Origin: Lama guanicoe
Lineage: Eukaryota
NCBI GenBank assembly: GCA_013239625.1
Contig: MU053216.1
Coordinates: forward strand, 1-64,000
Length of the DNA: 64,000 nucleotides
Reading direction: 5' to 3'
Part shown: one piece after another, positions 21,701 to 33,570 of the stretch
Layout: every line of letters begins with the position of its first letter
How positions within the stretch are numbered: position 1 is the stretch's first letter
The notes under the pieces: model-generated
The model's database searches: none
Told to the model about the DNA's origin: nothing
The model's input: only the letters and a program-made list of their open reading frames with translations
Made by a program: the position numbers and the translations under genes

Positions 21701-23211
21701 GGGCTTTCAGAGAGGCTTAGATTGGTTCCTTAGAAGGATTGCAACTGTATGAACTTATGTGACAGTGAGCATGACCACAGTTCACCTACCAGACAGGAAT
21801 TTTAGTGAGTTTGGGTAAATGGCACATTTGTCCAGAAGTGTAGGTGCCTGTGAATACACAAGAGGAGCGTGGAGAATTAGGACACTAAAGGAAAATGGAG
21901 TGGAGGGGTGAATGAGTAGAACTAAGATGAAAGTGTCAGTCAGCTAAGGAGCTGGGTGGGGCAGGTGGCCACCACGTGTCACTGTAGGGTATCTCTGTGC
22001 AGGAATCACCCCTATGCTGCAGTTGATCCGGGCCATCCTAAAAGACCCAGAAGACCCAACCCAGTGCTTTCTGCTTTTTGCTAACCAGGTTGGTTTGCTT
22101 TTCTTGGTCCTAGGGCTTCAAAGTTACTGTGTGGGTGGGCTGAGGTATGGTCCCAATGGACAGAACTGACCAGCTCCAATCATACGTGAAAATTTTTCAG
22201 TTACTGTGTGGGTGGGCTGAGGTATGGTCCCAATGGACAGAACTGACCCAGTGCCTGTTCTAGCCTCTGCCCAAGGGCCCCCTGCAAGGTAGTGGACCCT
22301 CTACCACAATAAGGAGGACACAGCACTGAGCCAAATTCCTTCCCTGGCCCCCAAGGAAAGAAAAAAAGAAAACATTTAAGGAATCTAGTCCCGAGTGACG
22401 AAAGTTGCTCCTTGAGTTTCCTTTGTTAAATATTCCATCTTTCTTCCTTCATGTTGTATAAATAAAGGCTGTTCCCCTCTCCTTCCTCTCATCCTAACTC
22501 CTTAAATGTCTTGCTCATTCCCTAGAACTTCAACATTCTTTTCCTCTCCTGGTTGGAATGTTGTCACAGTGGAGATTTTTCATGTGGGCCTGAGAGGGTT
22601 CCTAAAGACTTTGCTTTCCCTCTTCATTTCAGACTGAAAAGGACATAATCTTACGGGAGGACTTGGAGGAGCTGCAGGCCCGATATCCCAATCACTTTAA
22701 GCTCTGGTTCACTCTGGATCATCCCCCAGAAGGTATCCTCCCCATTTCTGGACATCCCCAAATCAAGGCCTTGCCCCTCTGTGGCTTCTGGTTTCAGTGG
22801 AACCAACCCTCCCTGATGTTGTAAACTCCAGGTGCACAGACAGTGGTCTCCCAGACCCTCTCCTGCAGTTCCTGTTTAGTCGGTGGGTGGCGGGGACAGC
22901 TGTGCTGCCAAAGCAGGCTGAGTTTACTCATCCAACTGCTGCTACAACTCAATACCATCTCAGTAGGCTTTCTGGGCCCGGCACTACACGCCATGCCAGC
23001 ACGAGTCTGGAGTGTTGTTCTGTCCTCCCCCTACACAGATTGGGCCTACAGCAAGGGCTTTGTGTCTGCTGACATGATCCAGGAGCACCTGCCCGCCCCA
23101 GGGGATGATGTGCTGCTGCTGCTGTGTGGGCCACCCCCGATGGTGCAGCTGGCCTGCCACCCCAACCTGGACAAGCTGGGCTACTCACAAAAGATGCGAT
23201 TCACCTACTGA
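18765..23211 (+). CDS. CYB5R1: NADH-cytochrome b5 reductase 1, complete spliced CDS (305 aa)
   Basis: Exons 18765-18779, 19079-19228, 19367-19439, 19956-20062, 20277-20406, 21089-21172, 22003-22088, 22633-22732 and 23039-23211 total 918 nt, all with GT-AG introns. Motifs RPYTP, GKMS, GGTGITP and CGPPPM; C-terminus KMRFTY. Confidence 0.98.
19079..19228 (+). CDS. CYB5R1: CYB5R1 exon 2 (membrane anchor)
   Basis: [27 protein letters not shown]...LLDKT. Confidence 0.97.
19367..19439 (+). CDS. CYB5R1: CYB5R1 exon 3
   Basis: [24 protein letters not shown]. Confidence 0.97.
19956..20062 (+). CDS. CYB5R1: CYB5R1 exon 4
   Basis: [35 protein letters not shown]. Confidence 0.97.
20277..20406 (+). CDS. 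CYB5R1: CYB5R1 exon 5
   Basis: [20 protein letters not shown]...TYTGK. Confidence 0.97.
21089..21172 (+). CDS. CYB5R1: CYB5R1 exon 6
   Basis: [27 protein letters not shown]. Confidence 0.97.
22003..22088 (+). CDS. CYB5R1: CYB5R1 exon 7
   Basis: [28 protein letters not shown]. Confidence 0.97.
22122..22248. repeat. Perfect 50-bp direct duplication with a 27-bp spacer in CYB5R1 intron 7
   Basis: AGTTACTGTGTGGGTGGGCTGAGGTATGGTCCCAATGGACAGAACTGACC at 22122-22171 and 22199-22248. Confidence 0.95.
22633..22732 (+). CDS. CYB5R1: CYB5R1 exon 8
   Basis: [33 protein letters not shown]. Confidence 0.97.
23039..23211 (+). CDS. CYB5R1: CYB5R1 exon 9 (to stop)
   Basis: [21 protein letters not shown]...KMRFTY*. 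Confidence 0.97.
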
Positions 23212-23814
23212 GCACCCTTCATTTCCCTGGTCCCGTTTCCGGCATGTGCCCCCAGTCAGCACTCAATGCTGTGAGCCCTAGGTGCCCTTCCCACAGTATC
23301 AGCCTTTCTGCCTTACTCTGGAGCTGAAATCTGGATGGGACTTGCAGGAACAACATCCGTCTAGCCGTGGAAGAGGGCCAAGGCTCGGTTGTTCCCAGAA
23401 GACCCCCCAGTCTCCCTGTGATGCAAGGTCCAGGTCAGCCCCACGAAGCCGACTCTTCTGTAGCTCAGAAAGAAGGAAGCGTATACATCTGTTCCAAGAT
23501 TGGCTGGTTCTTTGATAGCATCAGTCTTCTTTGTGCCTGTGATGGAAGAACAAGCTGTGGAATGGGTTCTACTTAATATTCGGTGCTTAACCCATAGCAG
23601 ACTCCGTGTATGAGTGCAAGGCGAGCAGACATACAGAGCTGATCATCTTACAGGACAACAGGAGAGGGGGAAATGGTTCCTGCAGACCTCAGAGAAAAGA
23701 ATCTGAACTATGTGTTTGTGTGTCTCTGTCTCCCTCTGCCCCTGCCGAGGCTGAAGGGAAAGGGCTACCCCTGTCTAAGCCCGCTGCTGCACCAGAAACC
23801 TCTGGCTTAACGCA

Positions 23815-23820
23815 AATAAA
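23815..23820 (+). terminator. CYB5R1: Probable CYB5R1 polyadenylation signal
   Basis: AATAAA ~600 nt after the stop, followed by GT-rich sequence. Confidence 0.75.
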
Positions 23821-26059
23821 TGGGGTTAAGGCCCTTGTGTGATACCTCAGAGATGGTTGTGTCTGGGTCCTTGTTTCTAAGGCTTTTCACGCCTGAGAAT
23901 CTCAGGAGGGTTTCCCGGCACAGAGTTTTTTCCAGGTCTTCCAAAGAACATTTGAGCAGTTGTACCCTATGCTGAAATGTGAGCCACCATCAAGCTCCAC
24001 AGTCATCCTAGCAGCTGTCTCAGCAGAGCCAGAAGCTCAACTTCTCCCTGGAGGGTTGCCAGGTGGGGGAAGGAGAACACAAGTTAGAGGGAAGCTTTTG
24101 GAGGCCAGGTACCCCTCACAGTGGTCCTTGGCTTGGCCACTCTTTCCCTCCTTTCTTTTCTTGGCCCTTTCTTCACCAAATTTATCCTTCAGGCTACCTG
24201 GCAAATAAGTCAGAATATTGTCTTTCTATTTGGAAGAGAAGCCTTGTCCTTTAAAAAGTAACCTGACATCTCCAGCCCTGGCCAGACTGGTTGGTGCCTT
24301 GTTGGCCTCCCCCAGTCCCATCTGTCCTGACCGCCCTTCTCCCCGGCTCCAACAGCATGACCCAGTCCGCTCCCCCTCCCAGTGTCACTGAGGGGCACCT
24401 CCTCAGATCTTCTGTTAGTCACCTTGGAACAGAACAGTGCATCAAGTCAGGAGGAAGATCGGCACTGTTTTTCTGCGTGGAACTATGTACTGTTTCCCCG
24501 GGGGACCCTGAGAGAAAGACTGGTGGACCCTTCCCAGGGCAGAGCCATCACTGAACTCTGTTTCTGGCATTCCATCAAACATGTCTTGATCAGCTACTGT
24601 GCTCTGTGAGACACACTCAGCCACCTCACCTCCAAATAGGAAAGTCTTACTTAGGATTGTGGGGCTCAGTTAGTGAAGCAGCCCAGCAAAGAGAATTTCC
24701 CACACAGGAGCTCATTCCTTGTCTTATACAGCTTCCTGCCTCAGCCACTCAGTATACAAACTTTATTAAGGACCTGCCATAGGCCAAGCACTGTGCTAGG
24801 CCCTGAAAATTCAGTGGTGACCAAGACTGGTCTTAGACCCCAACAACCCAAGGTCTAGAGTAAGACAGTGGTAAATAAACACAGTTTGATAAATACTATA
24901 GAAGAGGCACAAGGTGCAGATGGGAAGGGGTTGGGAAAGACTCTAAGAAGGAGGAAGAGAAGAAAATCAGTGTTTTTCAGTTAACAGCCATGTGTCAGGT
25001 ACTGTGGTAAGTACTCATCGTATAAATGAATCCTTACAATAATCCTGTGAGTCTAAGATTAAGGACTTGCAAAAGGTCATACGGCTGGTCCGTGGCTGGC
25101 AGAACCTAAATGTGAACCTAGGATTGTCTTGGCCCAAAGCCAGAGCTAGAACGGGGCATTGTAAGTTGTTGTTTGGATCTTTTGGAGAGAAGGGGAGGGG
25201 GGTAATCCAAGAAAAGGACCAGCACATGGGAAAGCCTGAGGAACTGAAGAGAAGTTCATATTTGGAGAACAAGGCAAGTTCATTGGGGTCTAAATACCAG
25301 TGGGAAAGTGAAGGAAGGTGTGGTCTGAGGGCAGGTGAGAACCTTGCAACACCATGCTGAGAAACAAACAATCCCGTGGACAGCACATGTTCCTGAGGGT
25401 TTTATACAGCAGGAAACACAGAACAGCTAAGGTTTGTGAAGCATTTACGATTTGCTGGGCATCAGACTAAGACCCTGCATATATTATCTCGGTCCTGACG
25501 ATGACCCCATCAAATAGCACTATTTTATTCCTATTTTTCACACAAGGTACTTAAACGGAGGGTTCAGTAAAAAGTTCAAGGTCAGAGGCTGACCAGGAAC
25601 GGAAGCCTGGGTCTCTGTGACTCCAGAGCCTACCCTTTTAACCAGCACCAAGAGAATTAATCCCACTGCCCTGAAGCATCCCTATAGGATTCTAGTAAAC
25701 TACCTTCTCTCTGTATCTAGCATAGACTGGTCACGTACCGTCTTTGGGAGAAGTGAAAATTGGTCAGCCCCCTAGACAAGGGCTGCAGCACCCTGCGGTC
25801 CCCCTCCGGCCGCAGCGGGAGCCCGGGCCGAAGCAGGGCGTCCCTAAGGAAGACAGCACGGCCCCGCTGTTCTTGACCAGAAGCCTGGCCCGTGCCTCCC
25901 ATACGACGGGCCCTCAGTAAATATTTGTGGAAGGGATGGAGTGACCATGAAGTTGAAGAAGAGGGATTACAGTGCCCAGCCTAGAGAACAAGGTGCATGG
26001 TAGGAAATTCGGCATTCCTTCCCAGGGTTCGGTCTAATTCCCTGAAATTCCTTCCCCAT

Positions 26060-27010
26060 CACGCGCTCCAATTAGCACCTTGGGGGCAGGATACTCGCGA
26101 GGCCTTGAGAGGCGGGGTTTACGATTGGAGCTGAGCGAGGGGGCGGGGCCCGCGCGAGGGAGGTGGGGCCGAGGGAAGCAGACATGTGATTGGGACTTGA
26201 GGCGGGTCCCTGCCTCCCAGCAGCGCAGGGGGCGGGGGCGTAGTGATGGGCGGGGGCTCGCAAGGGGGAGGCGGGGCTGATGGAGCTGATCTGTGATTGA
26301 AATTGCGGACGGATTGCTGGCTGGAGAGGGCGGGGCCAGGGTGGGGCGGGGACTATGGGGTCGGTCTGTGATTGGGCGTTGGAGGGGCGGAGCGCCCCGG
26401 AGGACATGACGCGAGAGGTGACGCCGTGGGTTGCGCGCCCCTTCCGGCGCGGGGTGGGCGCAGAAGATCGGGGCCGCTCGGCCGCAGGCCGTCTCTATCG
26501 CCGCGGGATGTAGCGCGGGGTCCGCGGCCCCCAGCAGAGCCCACAGCCCGCGGTAAGTTCCCCGGGGCTTCGCGGCGAGCGAGTGGGAAGGCAGGGGTCA
26601 GCCGGAGCTCGGGGACCCCCGGGAGCCTTGGCGCGGTGCTGAGGCGGCAGCTGTGGGACTCAACCGCCCAGGCGTCCCGAAGGCCCCGAGACCTCCGCCC
26701 GGAGCCGGCAGCGCCTCTGCCCTCTCCGCGTCGAGTCAACATTTCCGGCCTCTCCATGCGCGCCGCCTCCGAAGCAGTTCAAGGGCCCCGCTTCCCCACT
26801 GCCAGCCTCTTAGTCCGCCGGGGCGAGACGTCCGGATTCGGGCTCCGGCTCGGGTCTGCCAGGCGGGAGCTGAGCCTGATCCCAAGGCCACGCGAGCAGG
26901 CGCAGAGGCGCAGAGGGGCTGAGGGCCCGGGTCGCGGAACCGTCTCTCGGCCGGGAACACCCGTCTTAGATAGGCTGAGAAGCCCCAAGGTTCTGAGACC
27001 CGTGACAGTG
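26060..27010 (+). promoter_or_regulatory. ADIPOR1: ADIPOR1 CpG-island promoter and non-coding exon 1 (donor GT at 26553)
   Basis: CpG-rich, with multiple CCAAT/ATTGG and GGGCGG boxes and an ETS-like CTTCCGG at 26441. Exon text GAAGATCGGGGCCGCTCGGCCGCAGGCC matches the recalled ADIPOR1 5' UTR; CG|GTAAGT donor. Confidence 0.85.
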
Positions 27011-30000
27011 CCCCCACCTTGATGAAGGAGGAGGGGAGGTTGGTAGGCAATTTACATTTATTTAAGATAGTCCTAAAAGCTGAAATGTGAGCAAAACCTG
27101 AAGTCCTTTGGGGACAAACGAAATTTGATTCCCTGAAAAAACCTCACTTTGATGCCACCTTGTGTTTGAGAGTTTTGGTCAAGCTTTCGATTTTCAAGAA
27201 AACAACATAGATACATGTTTTCCCTCGATTTCTGATGCTATGTAGGCAAATGGGAAACTGACAAGGCGAATTTCGTTTACACGGATTCAGGGGCCAGGAG
27301 CAATAGGAGGCCTACAAAGTACTTTACTAGAGTAACCACAGTATTTCCCCCCAAGTATGCAGAAGACAGGCTAGAAAACAAAGCATGAAATACATAGGCT
27401 ACCAGATAAAATCCAGTGAGCACTGTAATGGCTGGTTCTTTTCCAAAATGAAGTGATAGTGAGATCTGTTTACTGCTTTTCTCTCTTAATAGGGGTTGCA
27501 TCACGGGTTATGGTGCAGCTGCTGTTCCTCATGTTTTTATATTGTCTATACAGTACTAATAAATCTGCTAAACAGATTGCATGTCAGGGTAGTTACCAGC
27601 TTGCAGCCACCAAATTTCTTTATCTCAGGAGTAACTTCTGTGTTACCATATAGTGGTTGGTATTTGGGGAATCAGTCTTAAAAATTGGTGTGTTACTTGT
27701 GAGTGACCATCTTAGGGTAGACCTCCACAAAACTATACCTAATTGCTGAGTAGAATCTGAAAGCATTCTATTCCCCGGGGTCAAGAAATTACATGATCCG
27801 CAAGGGCTTAAAAGAAAAAATTGCGTGCAACAACTTTGCCTGCGGGTAGGAAGGAACCTCAGACAAGTATTAGGGAGCAACAGTAACCCACCAGGCTCCC
27901 CACTGCTAATGGATAAAGTGCACCACCTTAGGTAGGCTTTTAGGCTATCTTCAGCTTCTTAAGCCTGGCCTCATTTCTCCTTTCCAAGATTTCCTTATGG
28001 AAAGTGGATTATTCACTGCCCTGGGGGCTTTGTTCTTTCAAGCCTGCCTGGCTTCATAGCACTACCCTTCTGGAATGCCTTGATCTCATCTGTACCTATC
28101 AAAATCCTTTCTTAAAATCTTCCACAAAACCTTTCCTGATAATTCCAACTAAAACTGAGCTTTCTTCTGAATCGCTCCAGCACTTTGTGGCATTTAGCCT
28201 TGTAGTGATGTTAGTAGAAAACAGAAGTTGTTCAGTTCTCTTGAAATAGAGGCCAGCAACCATGTGACGCCTCTGACTCCTCTCTTTGCCTTTTCTCACG
28301 ATGCCACGCGTGTTGTATGTGATCAATAGGTATTCTCAGGTGGATAAAGAAATTTGTGCTTCTTTCTAGTCCAGTAAGTCTGTTCTCTGTTTCCCTGAGA
28401 AATTCCCTTGGCTCCTTTAATATAAAGCCAGACTGCAAGCTCTTTCATAGTCTTGCTGCACTGTCCTGTCCCATCTCCTTGTGATTGTACTGGTGAACTA
28501 AACAGTCATCTTTAAATCCAGAAGCTTCATTACCACTGGAGGAGTTTCTTCTGGTGTTGGTGCTCATCAGAGTCATGACATTTTGTCCTTAATGTCGATT
28601 TGTCCTTAATGCCCACTGGACTTTGTTCCTCTCACTACGCTCAAAGGTGATTTCCTACTCAGAAATGTTGAGGAAACGATTAATGTTTGTAAAGTTTCTA
28701 GCTTTCTTGCATTGAAAAGATCCTTGAAAGTACCTTCTAGGCAAACCTGTTCCAGGTGATTGGCTTTTAGACATGCTAGACCTAGTTTGCTTTTGTTTCA
28801 TTGGGGCTTTCACAGTATAAAGTTATCACTATAATGTGTAACTATATTGGCCGTGTATCTGTAATGTACTTAAAAGCCAGGTATTAAAAAGAACTGGTAA
28901 GAAACACCTTCTTGTGCCTGTATACTTTGTGTGTGTAGCATGACATTTGAAAAGCTTACCTGTCTCTGAGATTAAAAAAAAGACCCCTTGGGATAGCTTT
29001 ACCTGGAGAAAAGCTACAAAGAAAGTTAGACGGTGATTTTTCACCGCAGACTCTACGTCAGTGACGCTTGTGATCAAGTTGGAAAGCTGAGGCCCCATCA
29101 CTGCAATTCGGTAGTTTTCAAACATAAGCCTTTGCGTTGACTAATTTTTCTCCAGCAGTGATTTGAAACCCCCTTCCCTAACAAAGAGTACATAGAGGAG
29201 AAGGTGGCTGTGTTCGTGTCTTTACTGCTAGACTGGTCTTGCTTTAGAACAGTGAGGATCAGGTAGGCTTAGATGGGGCTTACCCATGGAACCTCAGAGG
29301 GCCCAGGGACCCCAGATTAAAAACTCCTAGAAGAAGTTTTATGCCTTTGACTCCACGGAAGGAGCATGTTGTGGCCTGGAAAACTTGGAAACGGGTTCAC
29401 AAAATACATGTCTCAAAAAAGTATGAGGGAAATAAACTCAGCAGAAACTGGCTGGCGATTAGGAATCCGTCCATTCCCAAGTTTGTTCCAGGATAAGCTT
29501 ATTTACAGGAGTACAAGCACCTCCCTCCCTCCACAGCTCTGTTCTCTGAAGTCATAGGTTTATCGAGTTGAAAAGCTTAGTGATAACGATTTATTAGCTT
29601 CAATTGAAATCCCATCAAAAATGCAGTCAGTGGATTGACCCGATTATGATTGCTAAATTGGGTGTGGTGAGTTTGAGGGAAAATGTGTTTCCTCTAATAT
29701 ACATCAGGTTATAGAAAGATAGGAAGCTGAAGTATATTTGTCTCTCCTGAGTACTCCCAGAATCAATCACTTTAGGGGTTTATGCTGTTTTATGTAATAG
29801 AAACTGAAGCACTTGCTTGTGATGATTCCCAGTTGTTTGAGCATGGTCCTCCTGTCAAGTTCTGTGTTCATGTCCTAGCATTATTTGCTTTTCTTTCTTG
29901 CCAGACCGCTGATCTCTCTCTCCCTTTTCTGTCTCTGTGTTGCTACAGTTTAGAAGACCCAGCTGGACAGTGGACTTTGCACACTATAATGACATAACCT

Positions 30001-30291
30001 CCATTGACCTTCATTGTATGTACTTTAATGCATGACGACATGTCTGTGTGATGAGTTGTAGCTCGTGGCTGGTTTGTGAGTTAACTGGGTGCCTGTTAGG
30101 GTTAGTGACCCAGGGTCCATAGATAATGCAGAGGGGAGGCCTGGGAGATGGCAGTAGAGGAGATGGAGGGAACCAGAAGTAACAGAAGATGGTCTGGACT
30201 GAAAGGAAAGAGTCTCTGATGATAGTAGCCGTAAGACTGAGGTCATCCTCAGAGAACACTAGGCTCGAGGGCATAAAATCTTTTCAGATCA

Positions 30292-32722
30292 GGATTTCTG
30301 GTCAAGGGCTTTCTGGTCAGGCTGGCCCAGTGGCAGGACAATGAGCTCACCTCGCGACAACGAAACCACAGCTGACGGCTAAACAACCATCAGGAAAAAA
30401 GGCTGGGACCTAGCAAAAAAGATCAAATGCAACTGGAAACATAAAGAGGGAGCCACAGCGGGACAGTAGGGGGAGTGTGCTCGTGATATAATTGGGCCCC
30501 ATACCCCCCAGGTGGGTGACCCGCAAGCTGAAGAATAGTTAAGTCACAGAGGCCCTCCCACAGGAGTGAGAGTTCTAAGCCCCATGTCAGGCTCCCCAGC
30601 CCAGGTTCCAGCATTCGTAGGAGAAAGAGACTCCAGGACATCTGGCTTTGAAAGCCAGCGAGGCTTGGCTCTGGGAGCCTCACGGGACTCGGGGAAACAG
30701 AGGCTTCATTCGCTTGGGAAACATACATGGAAACTCGAGTGCACCAGGTCCAAGGGCAGAGGAATTGATTTCATAGGAATATGGTCCAGGCCTGCCTGCT
30801 GGTTTTGGAGGATCTCCAGGGGACATAGGGGACAGCTTTGACTCACCCAGGGGACATAAAAGCTGGTGGCAGACATTCCAGGAGTGTTCATCTACATGAG
30901 CTTTCCTGGAGGCTGACGTCTTGGTTTGCTCATTAGCACCAAGACCTAGTGCTACCCAACAGCCTGTAGGGAAGCCTCAGGCCAAACAACATAGAGGGTG
31001 GGAGCACAGCCTCACCCATCAGCAGACCTCCTGAGCCACAAAGGCCTCTAGACAGGACCCTACCCACCAGAGGTCCAGGACCAAGCTTCACCCAGCAGTG
31101 GGCAGGCACTGGCTCCTCCTGCCAGGAACCCTGCATAAGCATCTAGTCCAGCCTCATCCACCAGGGGCAGATACCAGAAATAAGAAAACAACATCGCAAA
31201 GCCTGTGAAAGGAATCCACAAAAACAGGCCAGACTCTGCCCTGGGACCGGCTGGACCCTGACCCTTGGGTGACAAGAGAGGAGTGTACTGCTGGGACACA
31301 TAGGATGTCTCCCCAGAGGGCCACCTCTCCAAGGTCAAGAAAGTAACTAACTCACCTTAAAAAAAAAAAAAAAGACAATATGAGGCAGCAAAGGATTATC
31401 TCCCAGGCCAAGGCACAAGGTAAAATCCCACACGAAGAACTAAGTGATGAGGAGATAGGCCGTTTATCTGAGAAAGAGTTTAAAATAATGATGGCCAAGA
31501 TGTTCAGAGAACTCAAGAGGAGTACAGATGCACAGAGCAAAATTTTTAGCAAAGAGCTGGAAAATACAAAGAATACCAAAACAGTTGAAGAATAAAATCA
31601 CTGAAATGAATAACACTAGAAGGAACCAAGAATAGACTAAATGAGGCAGAAGAACAGATCAGTGAGCTAGAAGACAGATTAGTAGAAATCACTACTGTTG
31701 AACAGAAAAAAGGAAAAAGAATGAAAAGAAATGAGGATAATTTAAGAGAACTCTGGGACAACATGAAGAACACTAAGATTCGCATTATAGGGGTCCCAGA
31801 AAGAGGAGAGAGAGAGAGAAAGGACCTGAGAAAAATTTTGGAGAGATAATCACTGAAAACTTCCCCATCTTGGGAAAGGAAACAGTCACCCAAGTCCAGG
31901 AAGCACAGAGAGTACCACACAGGATCAACCCAAAGAGGAACACACCGAGGCACATAGTCATCAAATTGACAAAAATTAAGGATAAGGACAAAATATTAAA
32001 ATCAGCAAGAGAAGAGCAACAAATAACATACAAGGAAACTCCCATAAGGTTATCAGCTGATTTTTCAGCAAAAACTCTGCAGGCCAGAAGGGAGTGGCAC
32101 GATATATTTAAAGTGATGCAAGGGGAAAACTTATAACCAAGAATACTCTACCCAGCAAGGCTCTCTTTCAGACTTGAGGGAGAAATCAAAAGCTTCACAG
32201 ATAAACAAAAGCTAAAAGATTTCAGCACCACCAAACCAGCTTTACAACAAATGTTAAAGGACCTTCTCTCATCATCAAACCATAAGAAAAGAGAACAAAA
32301 AAAAGAAAGAGAAAAAAAAATACCTAGAAAAGATCGTTTTGACTGTTCAGGTCTTATGTGGTTCCGTATACATTTTGGAATTGTTTGTTCTAGTTCTGTG
32401 AGGAATGTTGTGAGTATTTTGATGGAGGTTGCATTGGATCCGAGGATTGCTTTGGGTAGTGTGGCTATTTTGACAGTGTTGATTCTTCCAACCCCAGAGC
32501 ACAAGAAACCTTTCCATTTCTTTGTGTCATTTCAGTTTTCGGAGTATATGTAACCTCCTTGGTTAAGTTTATTTCTAAGTATTTTGTTGTTTTTGATGAA
32601 ATGGAAATGTTTATGTCAGTTATAAAATTCTGGTTTTTGAAGTAAAAAAAAGTGAATGAAGGGGTTGCAAATGGCAAAATACCCTTCTTACGGGGGCGTT
32701 GTATTCCATTATATATATATTT

Positions 32723-32760
<38 letters not shown>

Positions 32761-33570
32761 TACACATACATACATACATATACGTATGTATATATGTATA
32801 GTGCATCTTCATTGTCTGTTCAACTATTGATGTGCACTTAGGATGCTTCCGTGTCTTGGCAATTATAAGTAATGTTGCTGTTAATAGTAGGGTGTATGTA
32901 TCTTTTTGAATCAATTCTTATTTTGTGGTTGGCTTGATTCCTTTGATAACTATGTAAGTTTACAAAGCTAAAGCTCTAAACGTTCTTAGAAACAGTGAAC
33001 AGTACATATATATAAATTTTAAAATACATGTACATTAAAAAAGAAAATGAGCTATCACGCCATGAAAGACATGGAAGAAACTTAAAAGACATACTAGCAA
33101 ATGAAAGAAGCCAGTCTGAAAAGTTTACAAACTGTATGATTCCAAACAAATGACATTCTGGAAAAGGCAGAGCTACAGAAACAATAAAAAGATTGTGGTT
33201 TCCAGGGGTTTGAGGAGAGGGAGGGAGGGAGGAATGAATAGATGGAGCACAAGGGATTTTTACAGCAGTGAAATTATTCTGTATGATACTATAGTGGTGG
33301 CTGCATGTCATTATGCAGTTGTCAAAACCCACAGAATGTACAATATTAAGATGAACCCTAATGTAAACTATGGACTTTGGTTGACATCAGTGTGTCCGTG
33401 TTGGTTCATCAATTGTACCAAATATGTACCGCACTAATGAGGGATGTTGAGGATAGGGGAGTATATATGTGTGGGTGGGGAGGGCTATGTGCACTCTGTA
33501 TTTTCTGCTCAACTTAGCTGTGAACCTGAAACTGCTCTAAAAAAATAAAGTCTATTAATTAAAAAAGAAA
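30292..33570 (+). mobile_element. L1-derived composite: 5' UTR, decayed ORF1 (~31380-32270), antisense L1 pieces (~32335-32915) and an L1MC-type 3' end, inside one TSD (HAL1-like)
   Basis: ORF1 peptides (LSEKEFKIMM; QVQEAQRVPHRINPKRNTPRHIVIKL; IRLSADFS...LQARREW). TSD AAAATCTTTTCAGATCA (30275-30291) and AAAGACTTTTCAGATCA (33571-33587). A-rich tail. Confidence 0.85.

Noticed and set aside
22122..22248. Repeat-spacer-repeat resembling a CRISPR unit
   Set aside because: Only two non-palindromic 50-bp repeats in a mammalian intron, with no cas genes.
22733..23038. U12-like donor GTATCCTC in CYB5R1 intron 8
   Set aside because: The donor departs from GTATCCTTT after +7, there is no TCCTTAAC branch point near the acceptor, and a normal pyrimidine tract is present. 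Probably U2-type; intronIC scoring would settle it.
26372..27022. 216-aa Arg/Gly/Pro ORF and overlapping antisense ORFs
   Set aside because: CpG-island artefacts crossing the ADIPOR1 exon 1 donor.
31380..32270. L1 ORF1 as an intact or domesticated gene
   Set aside because: Broken by several stops and frameshifts (ORF pieces end at 31595 and 32136).
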